DNA of 62,841 nt, the filler included, from Reclinomonas americana ATCC 50394 (Eukaryota), in NCBI GenBank assembly GCA_048213135.1. It is 9 parts of 6 records of this genome, joined end to end, with 100 filler letters (N's around TTAATTAATTAA, not from the genome) between each part and the next. Parts side by side here need not be neighbours in the genome. Positions count along the whole stretch, not along the records: positions 1 to 12,323 come from PS015813.1; positions 12,424 to 13,468 come from PS015813.1; positions 13,569 to 26,889 come from PS015813.1; 6 more parts are not named here. One strand, written 5' to 3'. The notes beneath the pieces are model-generated. The model did not search any database and was not told where the DNA came from. It saw only the letters and a list, made by a program, of their open reading frames with translations. Both the position numbers and the translations under genes were made by a program. Positions within the stretch are counted from its first letter, which is position 1. The number at the start of each line of letters is the position of its first letter. Below are positions 11,675 to 23,565 of this stretch, piece by piece.

Positions 11675-13715
11675 TCACATACGGATGTCGAGGACGGCGA
11701 CCGTGTGGTTTGAAAACGATGCAGCAACCTTGTCGCCGTGGGCGTTCCACGCCACCTCAAAGATACCGCCATTGCCGCGGTATGTTCTGACCAGCCGACC
11801 ATCCTGTGGCGCGAATGGAGAAGAAGAGCACGACAGTTTAGCGAGCATGCGCGCACACATGATTTGACTTGCTCACGCACCCTCATGCTCCAGATATGCA
11901 GGCACTGGTCGAAAGAGCCACTGGCCAGGTACTCGCCATTGGGACTAAAGGCAACCGAGTACACTGGATCGGTGTGATTGGTGAGCGTGAACTTGCTCTG
12001 GCCGGCTTCCACGTCCCACACTTTGATTGTGGTATCCAACGAGGCACTGCACGCGCATGATGGTGAGGAGGCCGTTGGTGGCAAAGGAAAAGGCATTTTC
12101 GTGCACATGCTCACCTGGCAAGCACTTTAGGCAAATTGGGATTACGAGTACCGGGCCCCGTTGGTGACCACTTGATGGTGTAGATTTCCTTGGTGTGTTC
12201 TCTGAAGTCGCGCTGACAATCGTTGCTGCCAATCTTCCATATCTTCGCGGTGAGGTCGTCGGAGCATGAGGCCAGCAGTTCTCCTGTTGGGTCCCACTTG
12301 ATTGCATTAACCTCGTCCTGTCGNNNNNNNNNNNNNNNNNNNNNNNNNNNNNNNNNNNNNNNNNNNNTTAATTAATTAANNNNNNNNNNNNNNNNNNNNN
12401 NNNNNNNNNNNNNNNNNNNNNNNCGCGATTCCGTCATACGAGCCCGTCGCGAGCAACTTGCCGTCGTGCTGGTGAGTGTGAGAGAGATAGAGGGGAAGGG
12501 TGAGTGATAATGAGGCACGCAGGGATGAAGCACGATGAGCAAGTGAGACGCAACGCTCCAGTCTAATGTCGTCACGTCACGCTGCTGCCGGTCGAGTTCC
12601 ATGCTTTCTCCACTGTGCACGAGTGTGAGTTGAGAAAGCCGCGCACACAAACGCATCCTACGCACCTAAAGTGTTCCAATACAATGGGCTCGCGCCACAG
12701 CGTCGCACCGTGCTCATCACGCCGTGAGTGCCAGATGCGAGCCGTTGCGTCGCCGCTGCCGCTGGCGATTGAGTCGGCCACCGTGTTCCACGCACAAGTG
12801 AAGACTTCGCCCGTGTGTCCTTCGAGTATCTGCGAGAGGAAAGGAGAGAAGAGAGGGGAAGAGTTACAACGGTGACTTCGCAGCACGAGGTGAAGTGGGA
12901 GGATCAGTACGGCGCGCAACTGTGACGTCCCGATCGGGGATAATGTCGACCATGTCGTCGTCATCCTCGTCCTCTTCCATGGCCTCTGCGGTTGGTGTTG
13001 GCAAGCCGAAAGCGCCGCTTGGTCCGTCATTCTGCAGCGCAGGTATGAGTCAAAAAAAAAGGAGGGCGGAGAGAGAGGGAGAAGAAAAGAAAAGAAAAGA
13101 GAAAGGGATCTCGTCCGTATTTATCCGCAGAGACAACCAAAGGTCAATGTTCCACCACGGGTCGTTGACGGACTTGCGAGAGAAAGGAGGAGGAGAGAGA
13201 GAGAGAGAACACGACTGTGGCGTCGGTGACTCACGTCAAGTCCAGTGGCGCTGCCGATACTGCTGCTTGGTGCCGCATTGGTGGTGGTTGCTATTGATGT
13301 TGAGAGTGCAGTATTGGTCGCCGCCACGGCCACGTCGACACCCATCGGTGTGACGACCGAGGGTGGCGCGGCTGCACTGGCCGGTGTCCTTGCTGGTGGC
13401 ACTGGCGTGACGGTGGTGGTAGTCGTCGTTGTTGTGGATGAACCCGCCGCCGCTGACGACGGTCCACCNNNNNNNNNNNNNNNNNNNNNNNNNNNNNNNN
13501 NNNNNNNNNNNNTTAATTAATTAANNNNNNNNNNNNNNNNNNNNNNNNNNNNNNNNNNNNNNNNNNNNGTGTGTGCGTCTGTGTGTGAAAATGTGTCTGA
13601 GAGAAACAGTTTGTGACAATATGTGAAAACGTGTTCATCTCCGGCTGACCAACTCACCGCATTCTTGCAGGTACCGGTACAACAAGTAGTTGACCTCGTC
13701 AGAGGAGAGCGCCAT
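11675..13715 (-). CDS. TBL1: LisH + WD40 corepressor subunit of the TBL1/TBL1XR1/Sif2/HOS15 family (interrupted by two gaps)
   Basis: Lis[23 protein letters not shown]40 repeats [103 protein letters not shown]. Confidence 0.95.
12368..12379. other. Artificial six-frame stop linker TTAATTAATTAA inside an N gap (also at 13513, 26934, 38737, 44772, 53726, 55407, 61731)
   Basis: Identical palindrome centred in 100-nt gaps, interrupting otherwise continuous genes. Confidence 0.97.
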
Positions 13716-14608
13716 AGCACACACACACACACACACACACAGACACACAGACACACACACAAAGAGAGTCGAGAGGCAAACCCCCTCTGCACTCAAGTCA
13801 CTCAGTCACAGGCGCACAATCTGCAACACGCGCGCAAGTCAGTAAACAATGACTGTGTGTGTGTGTGAGAGAGAGAGCGCACAAGAGAGCAAGTGTGTCC
13901 CGCGCGCGCACATATGCACAACAACAGAGTGACAAAATTCACACACTGGGTGGCGAGGAGAGGCGAGGCAGACGCACATAATGAGAGGAAGAGTGAGTGA
14001 GTGTGTGTGTGTGCAAGAGAGAGAAGAGAGTGCAAGTGTGGGAGATGACATGTGCGACACAGTGTGTGCGCGCGCGCGAGCGGAAACACACATTGACCAA
14101 GAAACAAGCTCGACGCACACACTCTCTCACACTAAGACAGAGTGTGTATGTGTGAGAGAGAGCAACACACACGAAAAAGGTTCACACAAGACTGCGACTT
14201 TTTTCTTTTTTCTTCTCCCCGTTTACGCACCACCACACGTTGGGCACGCGCAGAGACAGCCACCAACACACACACACAGAGAGAGAAGAAACAGACAGTG
14301 CTGTGTCTCAGAGAGTGTGCACGGAATGTGATTGAGGACAATTGCCGGCGGTGACTCACGCGCGCAATTGTCCAATGGTGTAAAATGAACGCGCGGAGTG
14401 CATGCAACACAGTACGTGTAAAACACAGGCAGCAAACAGAGCAGGCAAAGAGCGCGTGTCTGCGTCTCAGCGTGTGCGCGCGCAAAGAGTCGTGGACAAT
14501 CGCGGTGACTCATGCCTTTTGTCCGATATAGTTTTTTTGACTTTGATCGAGCGCGCACACACTCTCACTTTCTCTCTTTCTCTTTGAGTGTGTGTGTGTG
14601 TCTTTCGC

Positions 14609-15461
14609 ATGACCACCGCTGAGGCGACGCGGTTTGCCTCAGGCAGATGGGACGCGCGCTCAGATCGCAATGCTGCTGCGGGCACACCAGGTCATCCTCA
14701 AAGTGCAACACACACACACACACACACACTCTCTCTCACACACACACATACGCACATACATACCTCTTCCTTCACTCAGTCAATCACTCTCTTCATCTCA
14801 CATTTTTTCTTTCTCTGTTTTTTTTCTCTCACAGTGAGTCCTCTGCCGACGAATGGTGGATGGACTTCGTCGCAATCGGATGTGGGCGCTGATTCGTTGC
14901 TGGTGGACTCGTATTTACCGAGTCATGGGCCGTCGCCGACTCCCTCAGGTGAACAGATCATGACACTGATGCACGGAGACACACACTCTGTCACTCACAC
15001 ACACACACGCACTGAGAGAGAGAGAGATAGTGATGTACGCGTCTGTGATGGGCCAGACTGAGAGTAACAGAGCAAGCAGTGAAAGAGAGAGAGAAAGGAA
15101 GACTCCGTGACACAGGTATAGTCAGAGCTCTCTACACACGCACACATCTCTCTCTCTCAGTGTGTGTCTCTCTTACTCACGCACGCGCACCGAGTGTGTA
15201 TGAGAGAGATATGTGCGTGTGTGTAAAGGGCCAGAGTGAGAACGAGTGTGCGAATGAGAGAGAACGGAAGACTCCATGACAGAACTTTTGCTTCTCTCTG
15301 TCACTCTCTCCTTCTCTTGCACGCCCTCTCCTTCTCTCCTTCACCCTCTCCTTCTCGCTTGTGTGCGTTCCTTTGGTGTCAGAGGTGCATGATCCGAGTG
15401 ACTATTCCCGTGCGTGTGCATGCTCACATTCTTGCACGGTTCTCGCATGCACGCGTTTGCG

Positions 15462-15515
<54 letters not shown>

Positions 15516-16507
15516 NNNNNNNNNNNNNNNNNNNNNNNNNNNNNNNNNNNNNNNNNNNNNNNNNNNNNNNNNNNNNNNNNNNNNNNNNNNNNNNNNNNNN
15601 NNNNNNNNNNNNNNNNNNNNNNNNNNNNNNNNNNNNNNNNNNNNNNNNNNNNNNNNNNNNNNNNNNNNNNNNNNNNNNNNNNNNNNNNNNNNNNNNNNNN
15701 NNNNNNNNNNNNNNNNNNNNNNNNNNNNNNNNNNNNNNNNNNNNNNNNNNNNNNNNNNNNNNNNNNNNNNNNNNNNNNNNNNNNNNNNNNNNNNNNNNNN
15801 NNNNNNNNNNNNNNNNNNNNNNNNNNNNNNNNNNNNNNNNNNNNNNNNNNNNNNNNNNNNNNNNNNNNNNNNNNNNNNNNNNNNNNNNNNNNNNNNNNNN
15901 NNNNNNNNNNNNNNNNNNNNNNNNNNNNNNNNNNNNNNNNNNNNNNNNNNNNNNNNNNNNNNNNNNNNNNNNNNNNNNNNNNNNNNNNNNNNNNNNNNNN
16001 NNNNNNNNNNNNNNNNNNNNNNNNNNNNNNNNNNNNNNNNNNNNNNNNNNNNNNNNNNNNNNNNNNNNNNNNNNNNNNNNNNNNNNNNNNNNNNNNNNNN
16101 NNNNNNNNNNNNNNNNNNNNNNNNNNNNNNNNNNNNNNNNNNNNNNNNNNNNNNNNNNNNNNNNNNNNNNNNNNNNNNNNNNNNNNNNNNNNNNNNNNNN
16201 NNNNNNNNNNNNNNNNNNNNNNNNNNNNNNNNNNNNNNNNNNNNNNNNNNNNNNNNNNNNNNNNNNNNNNNNNNNNNNNNNNNNNNNNNNNNNNNNNNNN
16301 NNNNNNNNNNNNNNNNNNNNNNNNNNNNNNNNNNNNNNNNNNNNNNNNNNNNNNNNNNNNNNNNNNNNNNNNNNNNNNNNNNNNNNNNNNNNNGTTTCTT
16401 CCGTCGCTGCTCGTTCCTCCTCTCGCCAGACGCTTTGCAAGTTTCTTTGCATGCCGGCCTGCGTTCGTATGTGCGCGCGCGCTGTGCCTTCTTTCCCTTC
16501 TGCGCCC

Positions 16508-16552
<45 letters not shown>

Positions 16553-19066
16553 CCGAGAGGCGGGATCTCGATGTGAATATTCTGATCTTCGTCTCTTCTC
16601 GTTCCACCTCTCACAACACGCTTTGCATGTTTCTTTGCATGCTGGGCTCCATATCTGTATAGTTGCACTGTGCCTGCTTTCCCTTCTGCGCGCGCGCTCT
16701 CTCTCTCTCTCTCTCTGTGCCCGAGAGGCGGGATCTCGGTGTGGATATTCTGAGCTTCCGTCTCTTCTCATGCCACCCTCTCACTACACACGACGCATGT
16801 TTCTTTGCATACCGGCCTCCGTGCCTATGTGTGCGTGCACTGTATCTGCTTTACCTTCTGTGCCCTATCTCTCTCTCTCTCTGATGTGCGCAAGAGACGG
16901 GAGCTTGTTGTGGATTTTCTTCCGTCGCTTCCTTCTCACTCTCTCCTCACGAGTTTCTTTGCATGTCGTCCTCCACGCGCTGATGGTCTGTCGCCTCTCA
17001 GTCTGCACTCTCTCATCACACATTACACGTGTTTCTCGACGTGTCACCCTCGACATGCTCATATTCTGTCTGTTTTTTTGTTGGTGCTGTGAGCATACCC
17101 TTCTCGCTTATGTCGCCCTCCATGCACTCACATCACTGTCGCGTAGACGGCGTGTCCGTGGTCGGCGATCTGGAGGAAAAGAATGCACGATTGCGCAAGG
17201 CGCTGGCGCTGGAGAAGAAGAAGCATGCCGCCGATCAGCGGCGAGTAGAGGAACTGATGCATGCGTTGGAGTCGCTGGAGGCGGCGCTGCAAGAAAAGGT
17301 TCGCTGTCTTGCATGTCCTTTGTGTGATGTGTGTGCTTTGCCCACTCACACCCCCTCGCACAGGAGGTGACGATTTCGCACCTGGTCAAGGCCAAGGTTC
17401 AACTGGAGGAGCGCATGGATGCATTCCGTGATCAACTACGCGCCGACCTTGCGCATCACGACAAGAAGAGCAAGATCTCGCGCAAGGAGCTGCTGTTTGA
17501 GAACAACTCGCTCAAGGTTTGGTCATCACGCCTCCGCTACCGCTTGGGAGTGCCTCGAGTTTTCTCACCTCGCTTGCAGGACCAAGTGCGGCTCCATTTG
17601 GACGACATTGAGAGCTTGCGACACGATGTGGCCAGCAAGGACCGCATCTTGGAGGACATGCGACAGGTGTGTTTGCTTGCTTTCCTGAATTCTTCCACAG
17701 CTTCCACTAATTCACCGCACGCACACAGGTCAATGCCCTGAAGCACGAAATTCTCCAAAGTCAATGGGACGAAGCGTCCGAGAAGCTGGCACAGGCAGAA
17801 AAGAAGCTGAAGGCCGTCGACGCGCAGAGCAGGCGACTGAACGAGCAGGTGTCGGAGTTGTTGGAGCAAAAGAGGTGCGAGTGTCTGGCCTTTACTCTCT
17901 CTCTCCACGACGAGAAGCAGACTCATATTCGCGCGCAGGCAAGTGGAGATCGAAAAGCAGATGAGTGAGGCTCACGTGCAGGAGCTGCTGGCGGCAATCG
18001 GGGAGAAGGACCAGCAGCTGGCCAGCAAGGACTCAAAAATCGCGCGCTATGAAGTTGTGTCTGCGAAGGTTCATCCTCGTCCCCTCCTCTCCTCCACTCA
18101 CCCTGCTTGTGCCAGTACGACATTGAGAGATGGAGAGAGCGTGAGCTTGACTTTGTCGACTTGCAATCGCGGCATGCGGACCTGGAGGCCAGAATCTCGG
18201 AGATGGAGGCCGCCATCCGTGCACGTGAGGTGTGTGTGTCTCTTCTACGTTATTGAATCGCGCTTCATGTCTCACGGCATGCTTCGCAGGCGGAGATTGA
18301 GAAGCTGCGCAAGAAGACCAAGGGCCGCGAGTCGGCCGCCGCACCGGCATCGCCACTCAGTCCGCGTGCCTCCGCATCGTACATTCCACCACTGCTGTCA
18401 CCTCCACGAAACTTTTCCTCACCGTTGCGTGTGCTCCTCATGCAGTCTTCTCTCGCTCTCTATCCCCCTCTCAACACATCTCCCGCTGGCGCGCAGAAAC
18501 GAGGAGGTGGCACACTGGAGGCGTGTGGCCGACGAGCGTGCGCAAGCCAACGACGTGCTGGCGCAACGCATGGCGCAGATGAAATCGGAGCTGGATCATC
18601 TGCAGGTGCAACTACGGCGCTTCTCTGTGCGTGTGGTCACACCCTCTGGCGACTGGGTGCAAGCCATGGTGCGTGTTGTTGTTGTTGTCAGCTTCCCTTC
18701 ATCTCCCACCTGCCTCGCACTAACTTGTGTGCCGTCTGCCGATCAGCTCGTGCTGAAAAAGAACCCGTCGAACGGTGTTCTGATGATGTCGATTGTGGCC
18801 GACGCATTCCGCACCACACACGACTTTAGCACCATCTCGGCTGTCAATCGCGACGGTCACCACAGACTTCGTGTGCAGTACCTGGTGTGTTTATTACGCG
18901 TACATGTGTCGCTGTGGGTCACCGTTTCTGATTGTTGCGTTATGCGCAGGACGGTCACATTGATACCTTTGAAGCGGACCAGTGCAGTGCGTCGGACGTG
19001 GTGTCGTCCATTGAGTTGTTTATTGCGGCGAATGCGGATGCCGTGGGGGCAGACTTGCGAGAATAG
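14609..19066 (+). CDS. Long coiled-coil protein with a possible PH-like beta-rich C-terminus (multi-exon)
   Basis: About 12 phase-consistent exons. Heptad-rich LEEKNARLRKALALEKKK...; C-terminus FSVRVVTPSGDWVQAM|LVLKKNPSNGVLMMSIV. The link of the 14.6-14.9 kb exons across the gap is inferred from phase. Confidence 0.7.
15464..15512. repeat. (GT)n microsatellite at a gap edge; others at 37959-38018 and 53792-53853, plus (GA)n at 51329-51357
   Basis: Direct observation; several long microsatellites abut N gaps. Confidence 0.95.
16394..16975. repeat. Degenerate ~155-190 bp tandem repeat (3-4 units) inside a long intron
   Basis: GTTTCTTTGCAT at 16441, 16629, 16799 and 16953. GAGAGGCGGGATCTCG at 16555 and 16723. 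The first three units carry a (CT)n tract. Confidence 0.85.
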
Positions 19067-19372
19067 TCGTCGGTGTTCCCCCCGAATGTTTTGTTTTTCA
19101 TAATCTCTCTATTTTTTGTTGACGTTGTTTGGTTGTTTGGTGGTACTCCTCTCTCTCTGCTGCTCTCGCTCTTGTTCTCGCTGCGAAATTTTGGACTGGT
19201 CGTTTGGTGCGGAGAGGAGGAGATTGTAGGTGGCTGACCCCTGTGTCGGAAAGCACGCGACTACGTACATTTTTTCTTCTCTTTTTTTTTGCACGTGGCC
19301 GTGCAACTGGCAACCAGCACTCCACACTCGCCAGACGCACACGCTACGCGATCACAGATACACCCGAACCGG

Positions 19373-22300
19373 TCACTCGGCCATTTCCTCCTTCTTTCGC
19401 AAAATGACCACGCCTTCGAGTACCGACGACAGCGAAACGTCTGCAATGCAACACAGCACGTGTATCAGTCGCAACTATACCAAAGAGCAACAGACGGAGT
19501 GGAGTGTGGAAGCGCAACAATCGTCGTCGCCAAGCTCGGCACGCTCGCCATGTTGCAACAGAACGGGGGCCATGTGCTGCTGGAAGCCGGTAATTTGTCT
19601 CGGCCTGCCGGCTTGCGCCACCGTGTCCACCGCCTGACCGACTCGCAGATTCACGGCCTTCGGCTCCAGGTCCTCGTCGACAGTGACAAGGAAACGCGGG
19701 TACATGGCACACGCCAGGTGGTAGAACAGGTACGGGTGCTTGCTCAGGAGGACTGCAAGAAGCGGGGAGTGAGCAACACCGCCACTCATCACACATATTG
19801 ACGAATGAGACGCAACTGTTCTTGAAGTCCATGGCCGAGTGCATCAGCGTGAGGATACCGGCCACGGCCACCGGCGACATGAGCAGACGATCCGAGTGGA
19901 ACGGCTGCAGTGTCATCGTGCCCTTGCCCATGTGAATCAGACCCTGTGCGCGCATCCAACAATGTGGTGAGTGGCCGACACGACCACCCCCTGTTCGTGA
20001 GCAAACAGACGACGAACCTGGGAGACGCGCACGAGGAACAAGTGGTTGGCCTCGCGGCTGTAGTACGCCGACAGGTTGCGCAACAGACCGGCCACACGCG
20101 AGTTGTTCGTTCCTGCGCGCGTGCGTGAGAACAGAGGAAGAAGGGTGAGGCGCGAAAGTTTCGCACAACACACACACCAGCGCCAATCAGGCCAAGTCCG
20201 AGAATAGCTCCTTGCGACACCTCGTGGTCGTTGTCGTGCGACAATTTTGACAGCGTGTCCATGACGTTGACACGCGGGTGCGACACGGACAGCATGCCGA
20301 GAGCCAGCGGAATGGCGCGGCGCACTTCCAAGTCACCGTATCTGTTCGACACGCCAGACAAAAAATGAGACGCAAGCAACCCCGCGCACACCCCGCGTGA
20401 AACAGTGAACTCAACTGCAGCAAGTGGTCGAACGAGCGCAGCATCATCTCGCTACCCATATCCTCGCCCATCGATACCAACGCCAGACCGAGAGTGGCCA
20501 CACCCTGCACACAGTGCGTGTGAGCACACGCTGCGGTACTTACTTGTTTTGCCCACACAACCCACGCACCAAGTGCAGCTTCTGGTCCTCCTCCTCCGAG
20601 TGCGTGCCGCACTCCTCCAACAGCTTCTGCACCTTCAACACGTTGCCGGTGCCAGCGTAGGCACACGACTCGACCGTGAACTCGCAGTACTTGGAGATCT
20701 TGGCCGGCAATGCCTGCAAGGAGACAAGTGAGCCGCAAGAAGCAAGAACGCGCCTCTTCCACAGAACACACACACCCTTGTGGCCTCCAGAATGGTATCT
20801 GACTCGCCCTGCTTGCCCAAGAAGATGAAGCCGAGTGCCAGCGAGTAGAACCGCGACAGGGTGTTGGTGGCCAACTCGGTCTCATCGCGCTCCAGCAGTG
20901 CGTGCAGGATGGTGTTGGACACTTCCTCGTGGCACGAGCCGACAAAGATCTGCAAATGAACGCGCAAAATGAGTGACAAGGGGTTTGTGTGATGCTGTGT
21001 GGAGACGAGGTATGCGTACCAGGCCGAGAGACAAGGCCGACAAGGCCGAAATCTCAATGCTCTCGTCCGCGTTCAGCAGCAGGCTCGACAGCTTCTCTGC
21101 CACATCCTCGCGGAAAGAGCCCGCGTACGCCAAACCAAGACCCAGAATGCCACCGACACGGACCTGCAGAGTTGCGGGTCAAACAACAATGTGCGTCACA
21201 CAACAGACAATCAATCAGTACCACCGCACCTCGCGCGACGAGTTGCTCATGGCGTCAGTGATGAGCTGCAGAGCAGGATCGAAGGTGGATCGCACGCCAT
21301 TCAGAATGAGGCCTGCGACAACATCAGATGGTGAGAACTCACAAAAAAATGCACTCCCGTCAGAGAAACACGCACCCATGCCCAAGAGAGCGCCACCCTG
21401 AATGCACTTGTCGGGCGACTCGTGGTACGCGTCGATCTCGGCAAAGCCCGTGTACACATCCCACATGTGGATCATGCCGACAGAGGCAGCGGCGGCCGTC
21501 AGACCCTGATCCTTGTTCCTGTACAACCAGTTCTCGGCATCCTGGCCCTGAGAGGAGGACAAGGAGGTGGAGTGAGTGAGTGGATGCTAATTCAGCGACC
21601 ACTTATGCTCATCCGTCCCACCTTGTTGGTCATCAACAAGTCGGAACCGAAACCGGCATTCAGGAAGCCGTTCACAATGGTCGCGGCCAAATTCTGCTTG
21701 GCCGAGTCCATGTTGGCCTGAGCACCAGGTCCTGCACAAATCACGGGTGTGAGTAAAGCCGACGATTCGAGTGCACACTTGAAGGGGCGAGAAGAAACGC
21801 AACTTGTCTCCACCAGGTGCGTCTTGAACACATCCTCGGGCTTCTTGGCGTCCACGACCTCCAGGTCGGCAGCCACCTTGCGGAAGTACTCGGAGAGCTT
21901 GGTGTTGGAGATGATCTCGTTCAGGTCGTCGTTCTCCACATCAATGAGGAAGCGCTGGCGCGCGAGAATGAAACCGAGCTGCTTCTTCACCAAGCTGTGG
22001 CGGCCAATGGTAAGCACCGCACGACGGACCACGAAAAAACAAACCAACACGCAGACACAACTCATTGTCGCAAGCGGCAAACACTTGCTTGATGAGGCGC
22101 GGATCGTTGAGGCGCAGAGCCACACGCAGAGCCTCGGGGTAGCGGCGCACATTCATGTAGATCTCCAGTGCCACCTGCGATAACGCAAAAGGAACCGTCA
22201 CGAAAATATTCAAAACAACGCACGGCCCTCCGGATACCGCGCACCTTCAGCAGCTCCTGATCGTCGGGCTCGGGTACGTACTGTGAGCACGCAATCAAGT

Positions 22301-23480
22301 ACGAGCACACGCGGTGGTAGTTGTCGGCGTCGCACAGCGGGATGATCAGCTGCAGCTTCTCGACCTCCAGCAGCAGGTCCACAGCGTCGGGCTCGGAGCG
22401 GTGTCGCACCTCAAACGCCACAATCTGGTGTACCAGGCTCAACAGATCGGCAGGCAGTGCCAGCTCGGCGGCCGAGCCGCTGGCCGCATCCGACGCCGTT
22501 GCCGTGGCGCGCGCCTCGTACTCGCGACCAATCTCGCCAGCCAGGTGACTGCGCAGGCCGTGAGAGCACCGCCCACCGCAATCACTTCGTCTCTCTCTCT
22601 CTCTCAACAAAACGCACCGAATGTACTCGGGACCCCACGACTCAATGTCGCTGCGGTTGCCCTGCAGCTTGTACGTCAGGCAGTCGCGATCGCCGCCCTG
22701 CGCCAACAGAAAACAAGTGTGTGAGACGAGAGCACGCTCGTGTGGGACACCAGACAACAGCGACGCAACATGGAAGGTGGTGGCCAGGTGCGAGATCACG
22801 TCAGCAAGCAGACGCTGCACAAAAAGGTGAGCCGCAGCAGCAACACACACACACACACACGCGCGCACAAAAACGCGAAACTCTCTCTGGCGAATCGGGA
22901 ATGCGCGCGTGCAGCTCCTTGAGCGGTACAAAGTGCTTTCGCAGGTACTTGAGCTGCAGCGGGACAGACGCCAAGCTCGCCTCCTGCGCCCATCAACGAG
23001 TGAGAACGTGAGAGAGCGCGTGTGAAACGCAAGAGAGACAACACGCAACGGCGCCACGAAGTTGTTCGCTCATCGACTGAATCGCACGCTGTCGCAACTC
23101 GGCCGACTCATCATTGGCGCGATCCACCAACAACTGCATCTCATCCTTGATGCGCAGCTCCTCCTCGCTCTGCACACAAACAATGAGCGAAGCGCGCGCG
23201 CGCAAACGAATTTGAACACTCTTCTCTCTCAAAACACACACACACGCGCTGCTTGTCGAGCGCATGCGTGTCACGTGCACACGAGCGCAACACGGGAGAG
23301 GAGGAGGAGAAAGAGCAAACACGCATGCACGACGGTAGACACAAAAGACAAGACGAAGTGTGCGAGGAATGGCGCCATGTGCACACACAAAAAACACGCA
23401 CGCACCAGCTCCTCCTCCTGCTTCTTGTCCTTCTTCTTCTTCTCGTCATGCTTCGGCGGCTGAGCTTTCGACGTCTCCAT
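19373..23480 (-). CDS. RPN1: 26S proteasome regulatory subunit RPN1/PSMD2 (about 20 exons)
   Basis: [126 protein letters not shown]. Confidence 0.98.
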
Positions 23481-23534
23481 GTTGTCTCCCGCACACACAC
23501 ACGCAAACACAATCACACACGGCCACACACGAAA

Positions 23535-23548
23535 TTTCGCGCGCCAAA
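23535..23548. promoter_or_regulatory. Overlapping inverted E2F-like sites (TTTCGCGCGCCAAA) in the 85-bp RPN1/SEC8 bidirectional promoter
   Basis: Matches TTTSSCGC on both strands and lies between divergent ATGs at 23480 and 23566. Confidence 0.45.
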
Positions 23549-23565
23549 TCTGTTTTTCGAGCACA

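Noticed and set aside
19753..19816. Non-canonical TT-starting introns (G|TTGCGT)
   Set aside because: Conserved residues and AG acceptors fit only cleavage before the G
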